The notes under the pieces were generated by a model that worked only from the letters and a program-made list of their open reading frames with translations, did no database searches and was not told the origin of the DNA. Position numbers and translations under genes: made by a program. Shown here in pieces: positions 18,248 through 28,174 of a DNA stretch of 51,602 nucleotides. The DNA comes from Candidatus Babeliales bacterium (GTDB lineage: Bacteria; Babelota; Babeliae; Babelales; Vermiphilaceae). The stretch covers positions 1 to 51,602 of the forward strand of contig JBIOKB010000001.1 in the NCBI GenBank assembly GCA_044451405.1, written 5' to 3'. Positions within the stretch are counted from its first letter, which is position 1. Each line of letters opens with the position of its first letter.

Positions 18248-18421
18248 TTAAGTACCCTCTGCTAGCTCATCAACCACATCATCGGTCGGCAGCGGTTGTT
18301 CACACATCTGGTTACTCGCAACAACTGCCATATCTTCTTTAGATTGATAGCGATTGACTAGTACCGTTATAAGAATAAGTATGAAAGCTAAGATAATAGC
18401 TAATTTTGAATAGTACTTCAT
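18248..18421 (-). CDS. Small single-pass membrane protein (57 aa), not in the ORF track
   Basis: Own translation: MKYYSKLAIILAFILILITVLVNRYQSKEDMAVVASNQMCEQPLPTDDVVDELAEGT*. GAGGA Shine-Dalgarno 5 nt upstream of the ATG. Starts 14 nt downstream of the trpS stop. No family recognised. Confidence 0.4.
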   Translation of the reverse strand: MKYYSKLAIILAFILILITVLVNRYQSKEDMAVVASNQMCEQPLPTDDVVDELAEGT

Positions 18422-18435
18422 TAAAAATCCTCAAA

Positions 18436-19443
<1,008 letters not shown>

Positions 19444-19564
19444 TCACCTTTACCTTGTATACCAGAATCTATCTTCAAGAGCATAGCAGACTCTATACAA
19501 CAGAGCATTTATTTTTTTAGGGTGGGGTAGTAGTTTTATCAAAAAACTCTTTGTTGAGGATACG

Positions 19565-20380
19565 ATGAAGTTTCTTTCATTTTTTGTATGGCGAGATGCC
19601 GTTGAAATCGCACTCTTAGCACTCATAGTATATTATCTTTCACTCTGGCTTAAAAAAGATCGGCAAAAAAATTTACTCTTTTATTTTTATGGCTACTGCA
19701 TCAGCATCGCTGCTGCATATCTGTTACATCTTACCACCATCAGCCATCTCCTGGTGGTATGTTCCCCTCTGATTATCATGCTCTTTGTGCTCATTCATCA
19801 AGAAACATTACAAAAAAACTTTGTAGCGTTGCGTACCATCACTCCCGCACGGCAGACCCGCACTGAATGGCTTGATAGCATGATGCAAACAGTAGTTACC
19901 ACCATGAATAATCACACCAATATCATCTGTGTTATTGAACGTTCCCAAGCACTTGATGATTTGATATACACACCATTACCATTGCGCGCTGATATCAGCC
20001 AAGGAGCATTAAGCGTATTTCTCACGAGTCAGCTTTTTGATGCAACAACGATGCTTTGGCTTAATACCGAGGGTATGATTCTTGGTATTAATACAACATT
20101 TAAAACAATGCCTGGCGAACTCATTCCTACTGATACAGCACCTACGTGGAAACATGAAGCGATTTTTTTTACTACAAAAACTGATGCGTTACTTTTCAAA
20201 ACTAATGCCGAACAACGCACGTTGGATATTATCGTACATGGAAAAGAATACGGATCATTAACTACGCGTGCTGCATTGCATCTGCTTAAAAAATATACGG
20301 GATCATCTACCTCTGAAACTCAAGGAGTAACTCATGACCATGAGCATACAAAAAACCGTCCTGAACAACCTCACGCTTAA
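19565..20380 (+). CDS. CdaA-like membrane protein (DisA_N / diadenylate-cyclase fold) with apparently degenerate catalytic motifs
   Basis: GAGGA Shine-Dalgarno. Three N-terminal TM helices and domain order as in CdaA (WRDAVEIALLALIVYY..., HQETLQKNF, NIICVIER). DAT sits where DGA is expected and TWKHEA where TRHRAA is expected (alignment by eye). Located in the canonical position upstream of ybbR-glmM. Confidence 0.7.
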   Translation: MKFLSFFVWRDAVEIALLALIVYYLSLWLKKDRQKNLLFYFYGYCISIAAAYLLHLTTISHLLVVCSPLIIMLFVLIHQETLQKNFVALRTITPARQTRTEWLDSMMQTVVTTMNNHTNIICVIERSQALDDLIYTPLPLRADISQGALSVFLTSQLFDATTMLWLNTEGMILGINTTFKTMPGELIPTDTAPTWKHEAIFFTTKTDALLFKTNAEQRTLDIIVHGKEYGSLTTRAALHLLKKYTGSSTSETQGVTHDHEHTKNRPEQPHA

Positions 20381-20750
20381 AATAATCTCACTCATTATTG
20401 CCTATGGATTGTGGTCTTTGCTTAATCAATCACGCATTATACAGATTGAACAAGAAGTTCCGCTCTGTTTTTATAATGGCACAACAACTGATAGTATCAC
20501 CGCTCCTGAAACTATTTCAGTAACATTATCAGGTAAGGCAACGGATATCAGGAGACTCGATCTCAATACTCTTGCATGTCATATTAACATCGCTGATCTT
20601 CATGCTGGTGATAATCGGTTGGTAGTAACTATCGATACATTATTTTTGCCCGAATCAATTAACCTGCTACACTATTACCCGTCAAATGGGTGCATCGTAG
20701 TACACCATCACACGCTACAAGCGAACAACAAGGAGCAAACCACCACATGA
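20334..20750 (+). CDS. YbbR/CdaR-like protein, single short form (138 aa)
   Basis: AAGGAG 6 nt upstream. N-terminal anchor typical of YbbR proteins (NNLTLKIISLIIAYGLWSLL) followed by one beta-rich repeat. Overlaps the cdaA-like 3' end by 47 nt. Its TGA overlaps the glmM ATG (ATGA). Confidence 0.65.
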   Translation: MTMSIQKTVLNNLTLKIISLIIAYGLWSLLNQSRIIQIEQEVPLCFYNGTTTDSITAPETISVTLSGKATDIRRLDLNTLACHINIADLHAGDNRLVVTIDTLFLPESINLLHYYPSNGCIVVHHHTLQANNKEQTTT

Positions 20751-22072
20751 TCCCGTCTCTTTTTGGCACTGATGGCATACGCGGAACTGTTGGCACTCAT
20801 CCATTTACACGCGAAACACTACCGGCACTTGGATCAGCACTTGCGCAGTGGGCATTAGAAACGTATGGCACACATCCACGTATCATGATCGCGTCTGACA
20901 CGCGTCAATCATGTGCCTTTATTAAAGCAGCACTTGCAAGTGGGTTATTACAACATTCGGTGAAACTCTATGATACACAAATACTACCAACACCTGCTCT
21001 GTGTTATATCACGCAAAAAATGGGCATTGTTGATTGTGGCATCATGATTTCTGCTTCACACAACCTCTATTCTGATAATGGTATTAAAATTATTGATGCA
21101 CGGCGCGGCAAATTAAGTGCTTACGATGAACAACGCATTACAGACTTGTATACAACACACCAGTTTCCTGAACACCCGTATCATGCACTCGGATCACACG
21201 AGTATCTTTTTGATGCAGCAACACACTATAGTTCTGCGCTCAGTGCTTTATGCACACCACAATTTTTACACGGCAACACTATTGTCATTGATTGTGCTAA
21301 TGGTGCTTTATCTACTCTTGCCCCAAGCGTATTTGAATATTTTGGTGCACAGGTGATCACGCTTAATAATACACCCAATGGAACCAATATTAATGAAGAT
21401 TGTGGTGCTCTACACCCACGATCCACACAAGCAGCAGTAGCACGTTATAATGCTGATGTTGGTTTTGCTTTTGATGGTGATGGTGATCGGGTTATTGCCA
21501 TATCAAAAAATGGTGAAATAAAAGATGGTGACGATATGCTGGCTCTGTTACTTGATCATCCCCGCTACTGCACCACACCAACAGTAGTTGGTACTGATAT
21601 GACCAACCAAGGATTTCTCTCATTTTTAAAGCAGCGTAATATCTCGTTAATCCGCACTAAAGTTGGTGATAAATATATTGCTCAATGCCTTGAACAGCAG
21701 CAACTTATCCTCGGTGGTGAACAATCAGGCCACATTATTATGCGGGATTACTTAGATACCGGTGATGGATTATGTACCGCACTGCGTGTACTTGAAGCGA
21801 TGAGTATTACCAATAACTGGGATATGAACACCTTTACCAAATTTCCCCAGCTACTGATTAATATTCCTGTTGCAGTAAAAAAAGATCTTTCAGCACCCGC
21901 TATTGCAAGCATCATTGAACAGGGTAACGCGCAATTAAAATCAGGAAGGTTAGTGGTACGCTACTCAGGAACTGAAAATGTATTGCGTATCATGATTGAG
22001 GACGATGAGCTATCCTACGTACAACAGTTAGGAAACTACGTAGCTGATGCATTAAAACAAGTATTATCCTAG
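20747..22072 (+). CDS. glmM: Phosphoglucosamine mutase
   Basis: Start set at ATG 20747 (MIPSLFGTDGIRG) with AAGGAG at 20730-20735. The ORF track's 20690 start adds 19 non-conserved residues. Contains active-site SASHN..DNGIK, Mg site FDGDGDR and sugar site GGEQSGH. Confidence 0.95.
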   Translation: MIPSLFGTDGIRGTVGTHPFTRETLPALGSALAQWALETYGTHPRIMIASDTRQSCAFIKAALASGLLQHSVKLYDTQILPTPALCYITQKMGIVDCGIMISASHNLYSDNGIKIIDARRGKLSAYDEQRITDLYTTHQFPEHPYHALGSHEYLFDAATHYSSALSALCTPQFLHGNTIVIDCANGALSTLAPSVFEYFGAQVITLNNTPNGTNINEDCGALHPRSTQAAVARYNADVGFAFDGDGDRVIAISKNGEIKDGDDMLALLLDHPRYCTTPTVVGTDMTNQGFLSFLKQRNISLIRTKVGDKYIAQCLEQQQLILGGEQSGHIIMRDYLDTGDGLCTALRVLEAMSITNNWDMNTFTKFPQLLINIPVAVKKDLSAPAIASIIEQGNAQLKSGRLVVRYSGTENVLRIMIEDDELSYVQQLGNYVADALKQVLS

Positions 22073-22090
22073 GATTATAGGGGAGATATC

Positions 22091-22717
22091 ATGAAGCTTC
22101 GTTTGTATTTAAAAAAACTATTGCATGGCATATGGTCAGTATTTTTAAATGGGCTCCTTACCATCTTGCCACTCACCATTACCATTGCACTCTTTCATCT
22201 TTCATTCTCACTTCTTGAACGCTGGCTACGCCCTATAGCACAATTACGCCCGGCGTTTCTTGATTGTATTCCCCATGCAGAACTTATCTTGGTTGTACTG
22301 CTTATATTTATCATCGGCGCTTTTGTAAAAGTAGTGATTCTCAAATCGTTTGTACATGCGCTTGAAGGGTTCATTAAAAAGATTCCCTTAATTCGCCCTA
22401 TTTATGCCGGGGTTCAACAGCTAGTACATGCGTTTGGAAGCCAAGATGCCACAAGTTTTAAGCAAGTGGTGCTCATTGAATTTCCCCGTCAGGGTATTTA
22501 TAGCATCGGCTTTTTAACGAGTGAATTACCAGATGCCTTGCGCCCAAGCAATATCCCATTACTCCACGTATTCATCCCTACCACACCAAATCCTACGACA
22601 GGATTTTTAATTCTGGTACCACGGGATCAAATCACTAGGATTGACTTATCACGCCAAGAAGCTATGGCGCTCATCATTTCTGGTGGGATTATCTTGCCAG
22701 AGAAGTTTCAGCAATAA
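22091..22717 (+). CDS. DUF502-family membrane protein
   Basis: 208 aa. Two N-terminal TM helices with the LTILPLTITI motif, then a soluble beta-rich C-terminal part ending in PNPTTGFL. GGGGAG Shine-Dalgarno. Confidence 0.7.
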   Translation: MKLRLYLKKLLHGIWSVFLNGLLTILPLTITIALFHLSFSLLERWLRPIAQLRPAFLDCIPHAELILVVLLIFIIGAFVKVVILKSFVHALEGFIKKIPLIRPIYAGVQQLVHAFGSQDATSFKQVVLIEFPRQGIYSIGFLTSELPDALRPSNIPLLHVFIPTTPNPTTGFLILVPRDQITRIDLSRQEAMALIISGGIILPEKFQQ

Positions 22718-22727
22718 AAAAGAGTTC

Positions 22728-23663
22728 TTATTTTAAGCTTTTTTGAACCCAAGTTTCTATACGCTTATCAAATAATGCTTGTTCTTCGTATTGTGGATAG
22801 TGACCACTTTTCGTAAATTCACTAATAATCATATGCCTTGGAAGGTTTTTTATCTCTTTCCACATCCAAGGGCAACAATCATAATCGCTTTTTCCTGCAG
22901 CAAGAAAAATTGGGCAGGTAATTTTTTCTAAATTTTTCATGACATCTGTTTGAGGGAAAATAGTGTTAAATAAATGGTCAAATATTTTATCAACGATAAT
23001 ATCATGCCATAGCTCAGAGCAATCAAAATCTGGAATATACCAATAACGTGGAGCACTTCTATATACATATCTACGCAAGAATCGATCAGAATAAGTTAAT
23101 TTGTTTAGATCTTCTTTGGCGATCTCTGTGGAACGTTCAGTATCAATACGCTTGCGTTCTGGTTCTGCATTTGCTTCAAAGTATGCATTATTGCGTGCGC
23201 CAATTTGCGCATTAGAATTTGGTGGGGTTCCAACCATAATGATACCCTTGACTAAAGCAGGATATTTTTTAGCAAATTCTAGGGCAACAATGCCAAAGGC
23301 AGAAAAGCCAAAAAGTACAAATCGAGAGAGATGTAATTGTTTGCTCAGTTCAGCGATATCATCAACCATTTGATCCATGGTTAAACTGGTAGGCTCCGCT
23401 AAAGCAAAACGTTGATCAAAATACAACTCTGATGAATACACTTTAAAGAATTTCTTGAATTGTTCGGATAGTGTCCGTTGTCCAAGAGTCCCCGTACCAA
23501 TACTCAAGCAGGGGATACCGGTACCTGCAACAGCTACTGGATATTCTTTGCCACGTATTTGGACAGAAATAATTTCATTAACGTGATGATTTAATTTCAT
23601 AGAATTAACCTTAAAATTATAACAGTTCAACGCAGTGGTAAATAAAATAGCGAAAATGATCAC
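22728..23663 (-). CDS. Alpha/beta-hydrolase fold protein (proline-iminopeptidase-like)
   Basis: Nucleophile elbow GFSAFG, a late acid (KSDYD) and a His near the C-terminus (KSGHYPQYE). The start may be the internal ATG (MKLNHH...). If the longer form is real, it begins with a hydrophobic signal-like segment. Confidence 0.7.
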   Translation of the reverse strand: MIIFAILFTTALNCYNFKVNSMKLNHHVNEIISVQIRGKEYPVAVAGTGIPCLSIGTGTLGQRTLSEQFKKFFKVYSSELYFDQRFALAEPTSLTMDQMVDDIAELSKQLHLSRFVLFGFSAFGIVALEFAKKYPALVKGIIMVGTPPNSNAQIGARNNAYFEANAEPERKRIDTERSTEIAKEDLNKLTYSDRFLRRYVYRSAPRYWYIPDFDCSELWHDIIVDKIFDHLFNTIFPQTDVMKNLEKITCPIFLAAGKSDYDCCPWMWKEIKNLPRHMIISEFTKSGHYPQYEEQALFDKRIETWVQKSLK

Positions 23664-23819
23664 CGTTCCCTTTAGAGTTGTATAAAAGACATTAGTCTTT
23701 CCATTTAAGAATTTTTTTGTTCATTAATCAGCCATTAAACAATGAGTTATTCTGCAATTTCTCCTATTTAATAGATTCTATTTAATGCTCCAACACTTTA
23801 CAACAATACTCTCTCTCTG

Positions 23820-24782
23820 TTAATCGCCAAACTGCTTTAAGAAAAACTTTGAATAAAACAGATCAAGTGATCCAGAATTGCCCCCATTTTTAAGGGCAGT
23901 ATCAATCCCATATAAAAACGTATGGGCCTGTTGGAGCTCAGCAAGTGAGAGCTTCTTCCAATCCTGCTGCATTAATGAAAATGGTAAGCGATAGGAAAGA
24001 CTCTTTGCTTCAACAAAGCGGGACTGCTGCAAACAATCAACCACATGATACGCCCGCCAGAGCTGCTCAGACCAAAAAGCGACCCAAAATTGTTCCCCAT
24101 ACTCAGATGCAATCCCCTTCCACGTAGCAAAAAATTTGTGCGGTGATCGGGCAAAAAAGTGCTGACTCAAGGTAAACAGCGATGTTTCGGGAATGATGAA
24201 TGTGTCCAACCAACTATCAAAAAACAATTGATACTGATTACCCATGAGCACTATATAGCGAATCATGCTGCAGGCAGTATCAAGGGGAAGTGATGTATGA
24301 CGGGTATAAAGCACCTGTATAGCGTTATGTGTGCGTTGTGCTGTTGATTGACCAGCAAAAAAAGTAACCAGCTGGGTAAACAGTTGTTTATCAACAGTTG
24401 CTGGTAACGCCACATAATCATCAGTTTGCGTATCAGCATCATCAATAAAAAAGAGAATACAATGCGGCCCTTGGTAGGCAGCAAGATAGGAAATCCACTG
24501 TTGTTTTGCTGCGGCAGGAAGTTCTGAAATGTTGTTAAGCCAATAAATTGAACGCATGCCTAAAAAACTGGTTTCTAATGAGGCCATACACTCGCCAATC
24601 GTACGGGTATGAATATCAAGATGGGTAATACCCGTATACTCAAGAGCTACTGCCTCATGTATATGTTTGAAAACATCTGAAAAAAATAAACTGGGATATG
24701 AGGGGGAGGTAAAACCGATACGTGTTGTGTTTGCCCAAAAATCAGGCTTACGTGATTGTTGCAGAAATGATACAAAATCCAT
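23820..24782 (-). CDS. Hypothetical protein, possibly DNA polymerase III delta subunit (HolA)-like
   Basis: 320 aa. Size, helical C-terminal half and weak by-eye resemblance to HolA segments (SLFTLSQHFFARS..., LSLAELQQAHTFLYGIDTALKNGG). Not a confident family call. Confidence 0.35.
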   Translation of the reverse strand: MDFVSFLQQSRKPDFWANTTRIGFTSPSYPSLFFSDVFKHIHEAVALEYTGITHLDIHTRTIGECMASLETSFLGMRSIYWLNNISELPAAAKQQWISYLAAYQGPHCILFFIDDADTQTDDYVALPATVDKQLFTQLVTFFAGQSTAQRTHNAIQVLYTRHTSLPLDTACSMIRYIVLMGNQYQLFFDSWLDTFIIPETSLFTLSQHFFARSPHKFFATWKGIASEYGEQFWVAFWSEQLWRAYHVVDCLQQSRFVEAKSLSYRLPFSLMQQDWKKLSLAELQQAHTFLYGIDTALKNGGNSGSLDLFYSKFFLKQFGD

Positions 24783-24788
24783 CGCACA

Positions 24789-25598
24789 CTATTTTGTTAA
24801 ACGATTTTTCAAGCTAAATAACGGCGCCTGCTCTTTTTCCAGTATAGCAGTACGTGGCGGTAATGCTACCTGTGTATGTTTACCAGCACATGCAGTAAAA
24901 AGCTGTGTAATCCCCTGTTGTGCAACTGTGTATATTTCTTGAAACAGATGCCAGGGAACCGGCTTTTTTTCTGCAGTTCCTTGGATTTCAATAATAGAAC
25001 CTGATTTAGTCAAGACAACATTAAAATCAGCATCTATAGAACTATCTTCTACAAAATCAAGATCAAGTAGAACCTGATTATGTACAACACCTATTGAAAT
25101 AGCAGCAATTTCATCGGTAAGAATAGTGTGTGATAATTTTCCTGCTTTAATCCAACGCTCAATGGCAATAGATAATGCTAAAAAAGCACCGGTGATGCAG
25201 GCAGTACGCGTACCACCATCAGCTTGCAGTACATCACAATCAATAATGATAGTCTGCTCTCCCAAAAGATCTAAGTTCACCACCGAGCGTAATACACGGC
25301 CAATAAGACGAGAAATTTCTATTGATCTTCCATTGCGTTCCATGCTGCTCGCTTCTCGATTAGTACGCACAGCAGTGGCACTGGGGAGCATGGCATATTC
25401 AGCTTTAAGCCAGCCAGACCGTTTACCTTTTAAAAAAGGCGGGACACCCGGCTGCAGGTTAACGGCACAATGAACTTTAGTATTACCGAGTTCAAAGAGC
25501 ACTGAAGCGGCTGCATAGCCATAGTGATCATAGGAAATTGTAATGGGCCGCAATTCATTATAACTGCGGCCCTGAGATCTGAGTATAGAGTGTTGCAT
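24789..25598 (-). CDS. rph: Ribonuclease PH
   Basis: GRSYNELRPI, GWLKAEYAMLPSAT, RSIEISRLIGR, VLQADGGTRTACITGAFLAL. About 30-aa C-terminal extension relative to typical RNase PH. Confidence 0.9.
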   Translation of the reverse strand: MQHSILRSQGRSYNELRPITISYDHYGYAAASVLFELGNTKVHCAVNLQPGVPPFLKGKRSGWLKAEYAMLPSATAVRTNREASSMERNGRSIEISRLIGRVLRSVVNLDLLGEQTIIIDCDVLQADGGTRTACITGAFLALSIAIERWIKAGKLSHTILTDEIAAISIGVVHNQVLLDLDFVEDSSIDADFNVVLTKSGSIIEIQGTAEKKPVPWHLFQEIYTVAQQGITQLFTACAGKHTQVALPPRTAILEKEQAPLFSLKNRLTK

Positions 25599-25624
25599 AC
25601 ACGTGATAGTTATTATGGATATGA

Positions 25625-27715
25625 TTATTTTTCAATTAACCGTAAACGGATTCTACCCGTTGACGCATCATAATCTGCTACTTCTACCGTTACCACGTCA
25701 TCAACTTTATAAGACTGTGCAAAATTTCTTTGCTTATCTTTTGGTATGTTAGACACATGCACAAGACCATCTTGTCCTGGCACTAATTCTACAAAGAGGC
25801 CAAAATCAACAATACGTTTAATTTTGCCCACATAGCGTGCACCAAGTTCAATTTGTCCTGCAATGGTCTTAACCCAATTTACCGCAGTTGGAATATCGGC
25901 AGTTGGCCCACCAAAGATTTTTACTAAGCCATCTGACTCAATATCAATTTCAGTCTTGGTTTTTTCAATAATTTCGCGGATAACTTTACCACCAACACCA
26001 ATAACCGCCCCAATTTTATCCGTATCAATTTTGAATGATACATACTTAGGAACTAAATCGGAGAGTTCTGGATTTGGTTTACTCATCACTTTTTGCATTT
26101 CGCCCAAGATATGTATTCTTCCTTTGCGTGCTTGTTCAAGAGCTGCAGCAAATATATCGCGAGAAAAACCACCTTTATATTTAATATCCATTTGGATAGC
26201 GGTTATCCCTTGATCAGTACCAGTAACCTTAAAGTCCATTAACCCAAAGGCATCTTCAATACCGGAAATATCGGATAACACATGGAATTGCCCGCTTTTA
26301 CTCGTCATGAGTCCCATAGCAATACCACTGACCATCTTTCTAATGGGAACCCCTGCCTGCATTAAGGACATCGTAGCACCGCAGGTAGTAGCCATAGAGG
26401 TTGAACCATCTGATTCAAGCATGTCTGCTACAATACGGATGGTATATGGGAATGATTCTTTATCTGGAAGCATATTACGGAGGGCTGACGCAGCTAAATA
26501 GCCATGGCCAACTTCACGGCGTCCAGTACCACGCAATGGACGAACTTCACCTACAGAAAATGGGGGGAAGTTATAGTGAAGCATAAAGCGCCCTTGATTT
26601 GGTGCGCCTTCTTCATCCATAAGCCCTTCAAATTTTTGTTCATCTGAACCGCCACCTAAGGTAGTAGATACCAATGCTTGTGTTCTACCACGGGTAAACA
26701 GCGCTGAGCCATGGGTAAAAGGAAGCAAGCCTACTTCTACTGAAATCTGACGAATTTGATCAAATGAACGACCATCCACTCGATGTTTGACGGTAAAAAG
26801 AAGTTCTGAAAGTTTAGCTGTTAATACTTGATCAAGAATAAATTCATATACTTTAGCAGGGACTTTTTTTTCTTCTATAACCGCAGCATGTTCTTGAGCA
26901 AATGCTTCATTTAATTCATCTAAGTAGGTGTTACGCTCAACTTTATCAGCAATATATACCTTTTTAACCCGTTCAGGTGTTAAAAATACATCAGCTTTTT
27001 GTTCCCAATCGGACCAACTATAGGTATCAGCTATCGGTTCTTTTGGAACACTAAACTCTTGTTGAATACGCTTTTGCCATGCGACTAATTTTTTAATGTG
27101 TTCATGGGCTAAGAACATTGCATCAATAAAATCTTGTTCAGAAATTTCATCTGCAGATCCTTCTACCATGTTTACCCCTTCTTCAGTTCCGGCAAACACA
27201 ATACGGGATGTTGCATGCAATGCTTGAGCATATTTTGGATTAACCACCCATGCACCATCTATTCTGCATACTTCAGCGGCACCAATAGGACCTAAAAATG
27301 GTATTTTAGAAATCACTAATGCAAGTGAGCTTGCAATAATGGCAAGCACGTACGGTGCATGCTCTTTATCAACTGAATACACCGTTGTAATAATTTGTAC
27401 TTGATTAAAATAATTAGCAGGAAACAAAGGACGTACCGGTCTATCAATCAAACGAGAGGTAAGCACTTCTTTATCACTCGGCTTTCCTTCCCGTTTATAA
27501 TAACCGCCTGGAATTTTACCTGCAGCTGAATAATTCTCTCGATAATCTATAGTAAGAGGAAAAAAGCCCGGAAATTCTTGAGAAGGAGCTGAGACTGCAG
27601 TTGCTATAATAACGGTTCCACCTTGTTGGAACCACACGGCACCATCGGCCTGGCGTGCAACTTTACCCAGCTCGACTTCGTAGCCAAATTCTTCTAAACG
27701 AAACTTTTTTACCAT
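25625..27715 (-). CDS. pnp: Polyribonucleotide nucleotidyltransferase (PNPase)
   Basis: 696 aa with two RNase PH-like domains, then KH (IGAVIGVGGKVIREI) and S1 (GKIKRIVDFGLFVEL) domains. Confidence 0.95.
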   Translation of the reverse strand: MVKKFRLEEFGYEVELGKVARQADGAVWFQQGGTVIIATAVSAPSQEFPGFFPLTIDYRENYSAAGKIPGGYYKREGKPSDKEVLTSRLIDRPVRPLFPANYFNQVQIITTVYSVDKEHAPYVLAIIASSLALVISKIPFLGPIGAAEVCRIDGAWVVNPKYAQALHATSRIVFAGTEEGVNMVEGSADEISEQDFIDAMFLAHEHIKKLVAWQKRIQQEFSVPKEPIADTYSWSDWEQKADVFLTPERVKKVYIADKVERNTYLDELNEAFAQEHAAVIEEKKVPAKVYEFILDQVLTAKLSELLFTVKHRVDGRSFDQIRQISVEVGLLPFTHGSALFTRGRTQALVSTTLGGGSDEQKFEGLMDEEGAPNQGRFMLHYNFPPFSVGEVRPLRGTGRREVGHGYLAASALRNMLPDKESFPYTIRIVADMLESDGSTSMATTCGATMSLMQAGVPIRKMVSGIAMGLMTSKSGQFHVLSDISGIEDAFGLMDFKVTGTDQGITAIQMDIKYKGGFSRDIFAAALEQARKGRIHILGEMQKVMSKPNPELSDLVPKYVSFKIDTDKIGAVIGVGGKVIREIIEKTKTEIDIESDGLVKIFGGPTADIPTAVNWVKTIAGQIELGARYVGKIKRIVDFGLFVELVPGQDGLVHVSNIPKDKQRNFAQSYKVDDVVTVEVADYDASTGRIRLRLIEK

Positions 27716-27746
27716 TACAAAACCTATATCTTAATAAATTATTTTT

Positions 27747-27770
27747 TGTATCTACACTATTATAGATACA
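27747..27770 (-). promoter_or_regulatory. Stem-loop in the rpsO-pnp spacer (candidate processing/autoregulatory hairpin)
   Basis: Perfect 8-bp stem TGTATCTA / TAGATACA with an 8-nt loop. On the transcribed (minus) strand it is followed by an A-run, not a U-run, so it is not a canonical intrinsic terminator. Confidence 0.3.
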
Positions 27771-27781
27771 ATGCTACAGTA

Positions 27782-28048
27782 CTAGCTCTTTAATCCTAAA
27801 CGATTGGTAATCTCACGATACTGTTCTTGATTAGTACGCTTTAAATAGCGCAAAAAACTAGAACGTCTCCCAATTAATCCAATGAGACCACGCTTGCATG
27901 AATAATCTTTTTCATGCGTCTTTAAATGTTCCGTTAATAAACGAATACGCTCTGTAAGCATAGCAATTTGCAATTGCTGCGAACCAGTATCACTTCCATT
28001 TATTTTAAATTCACGTGTTACTTTTTCTTTAGCTACTTTAGACAACAT
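27782..28048 (-). CDS. rpsO: 30S ribosomal protein S15
   Basis: 88 aa with GSDTGSQQLQIAMLTERIRLLTEHLKTHEKDYSCKRGL and a typical S15 C-terminus. Confidence 0.95.
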   Translation of the reverse strand: MLSKVAKEKVTREFKINGSDTGSQQLQIAMLTERIRLLTEHLKTHEKDYSCKRGLIGLIGRRSSFLRYLKRTNQEQYREITNRLGLKS

Positions 28049-28093
28049 ATATAACCTTACAATCGTTTTTATTAATATCTCTATCTACACTAC

Positions 28094-28168
28094 TGGTAGG
28101 CGCGAGCGGGATTGAACCGCTGACCCCTGCTACGTCAAAGCAATGCTCTACCACTGAGCTACGCGCCT
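28094..28168 (-). tRNA. tRNA-Val (anticodon GAC), CCA encoded
   Basis: Manual cloverleaf on the minus strand: AGGCGCG TA GCTC AGTGGTA GAGC A TTGCT TTGACGT AGCAG GGGTC AGCGG TTCAATC CCGCT CGCGCCT A CCA (75 nt). Its 5' end is 6 nt after the rpoC stop. Confidence 0.9.
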
Positions 28169-28174
28169 GCTTGA

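Noticed and set aside
23685-23700. Hairpin AAAGAC-ATTA-GTCTTT after the holA-like gene, considered as a possible terminator
   Set aside because: It is a weak 6-bp AT-rich stem lying about 22 nt upstream of the next gene's start. It is equally compatible with chance.
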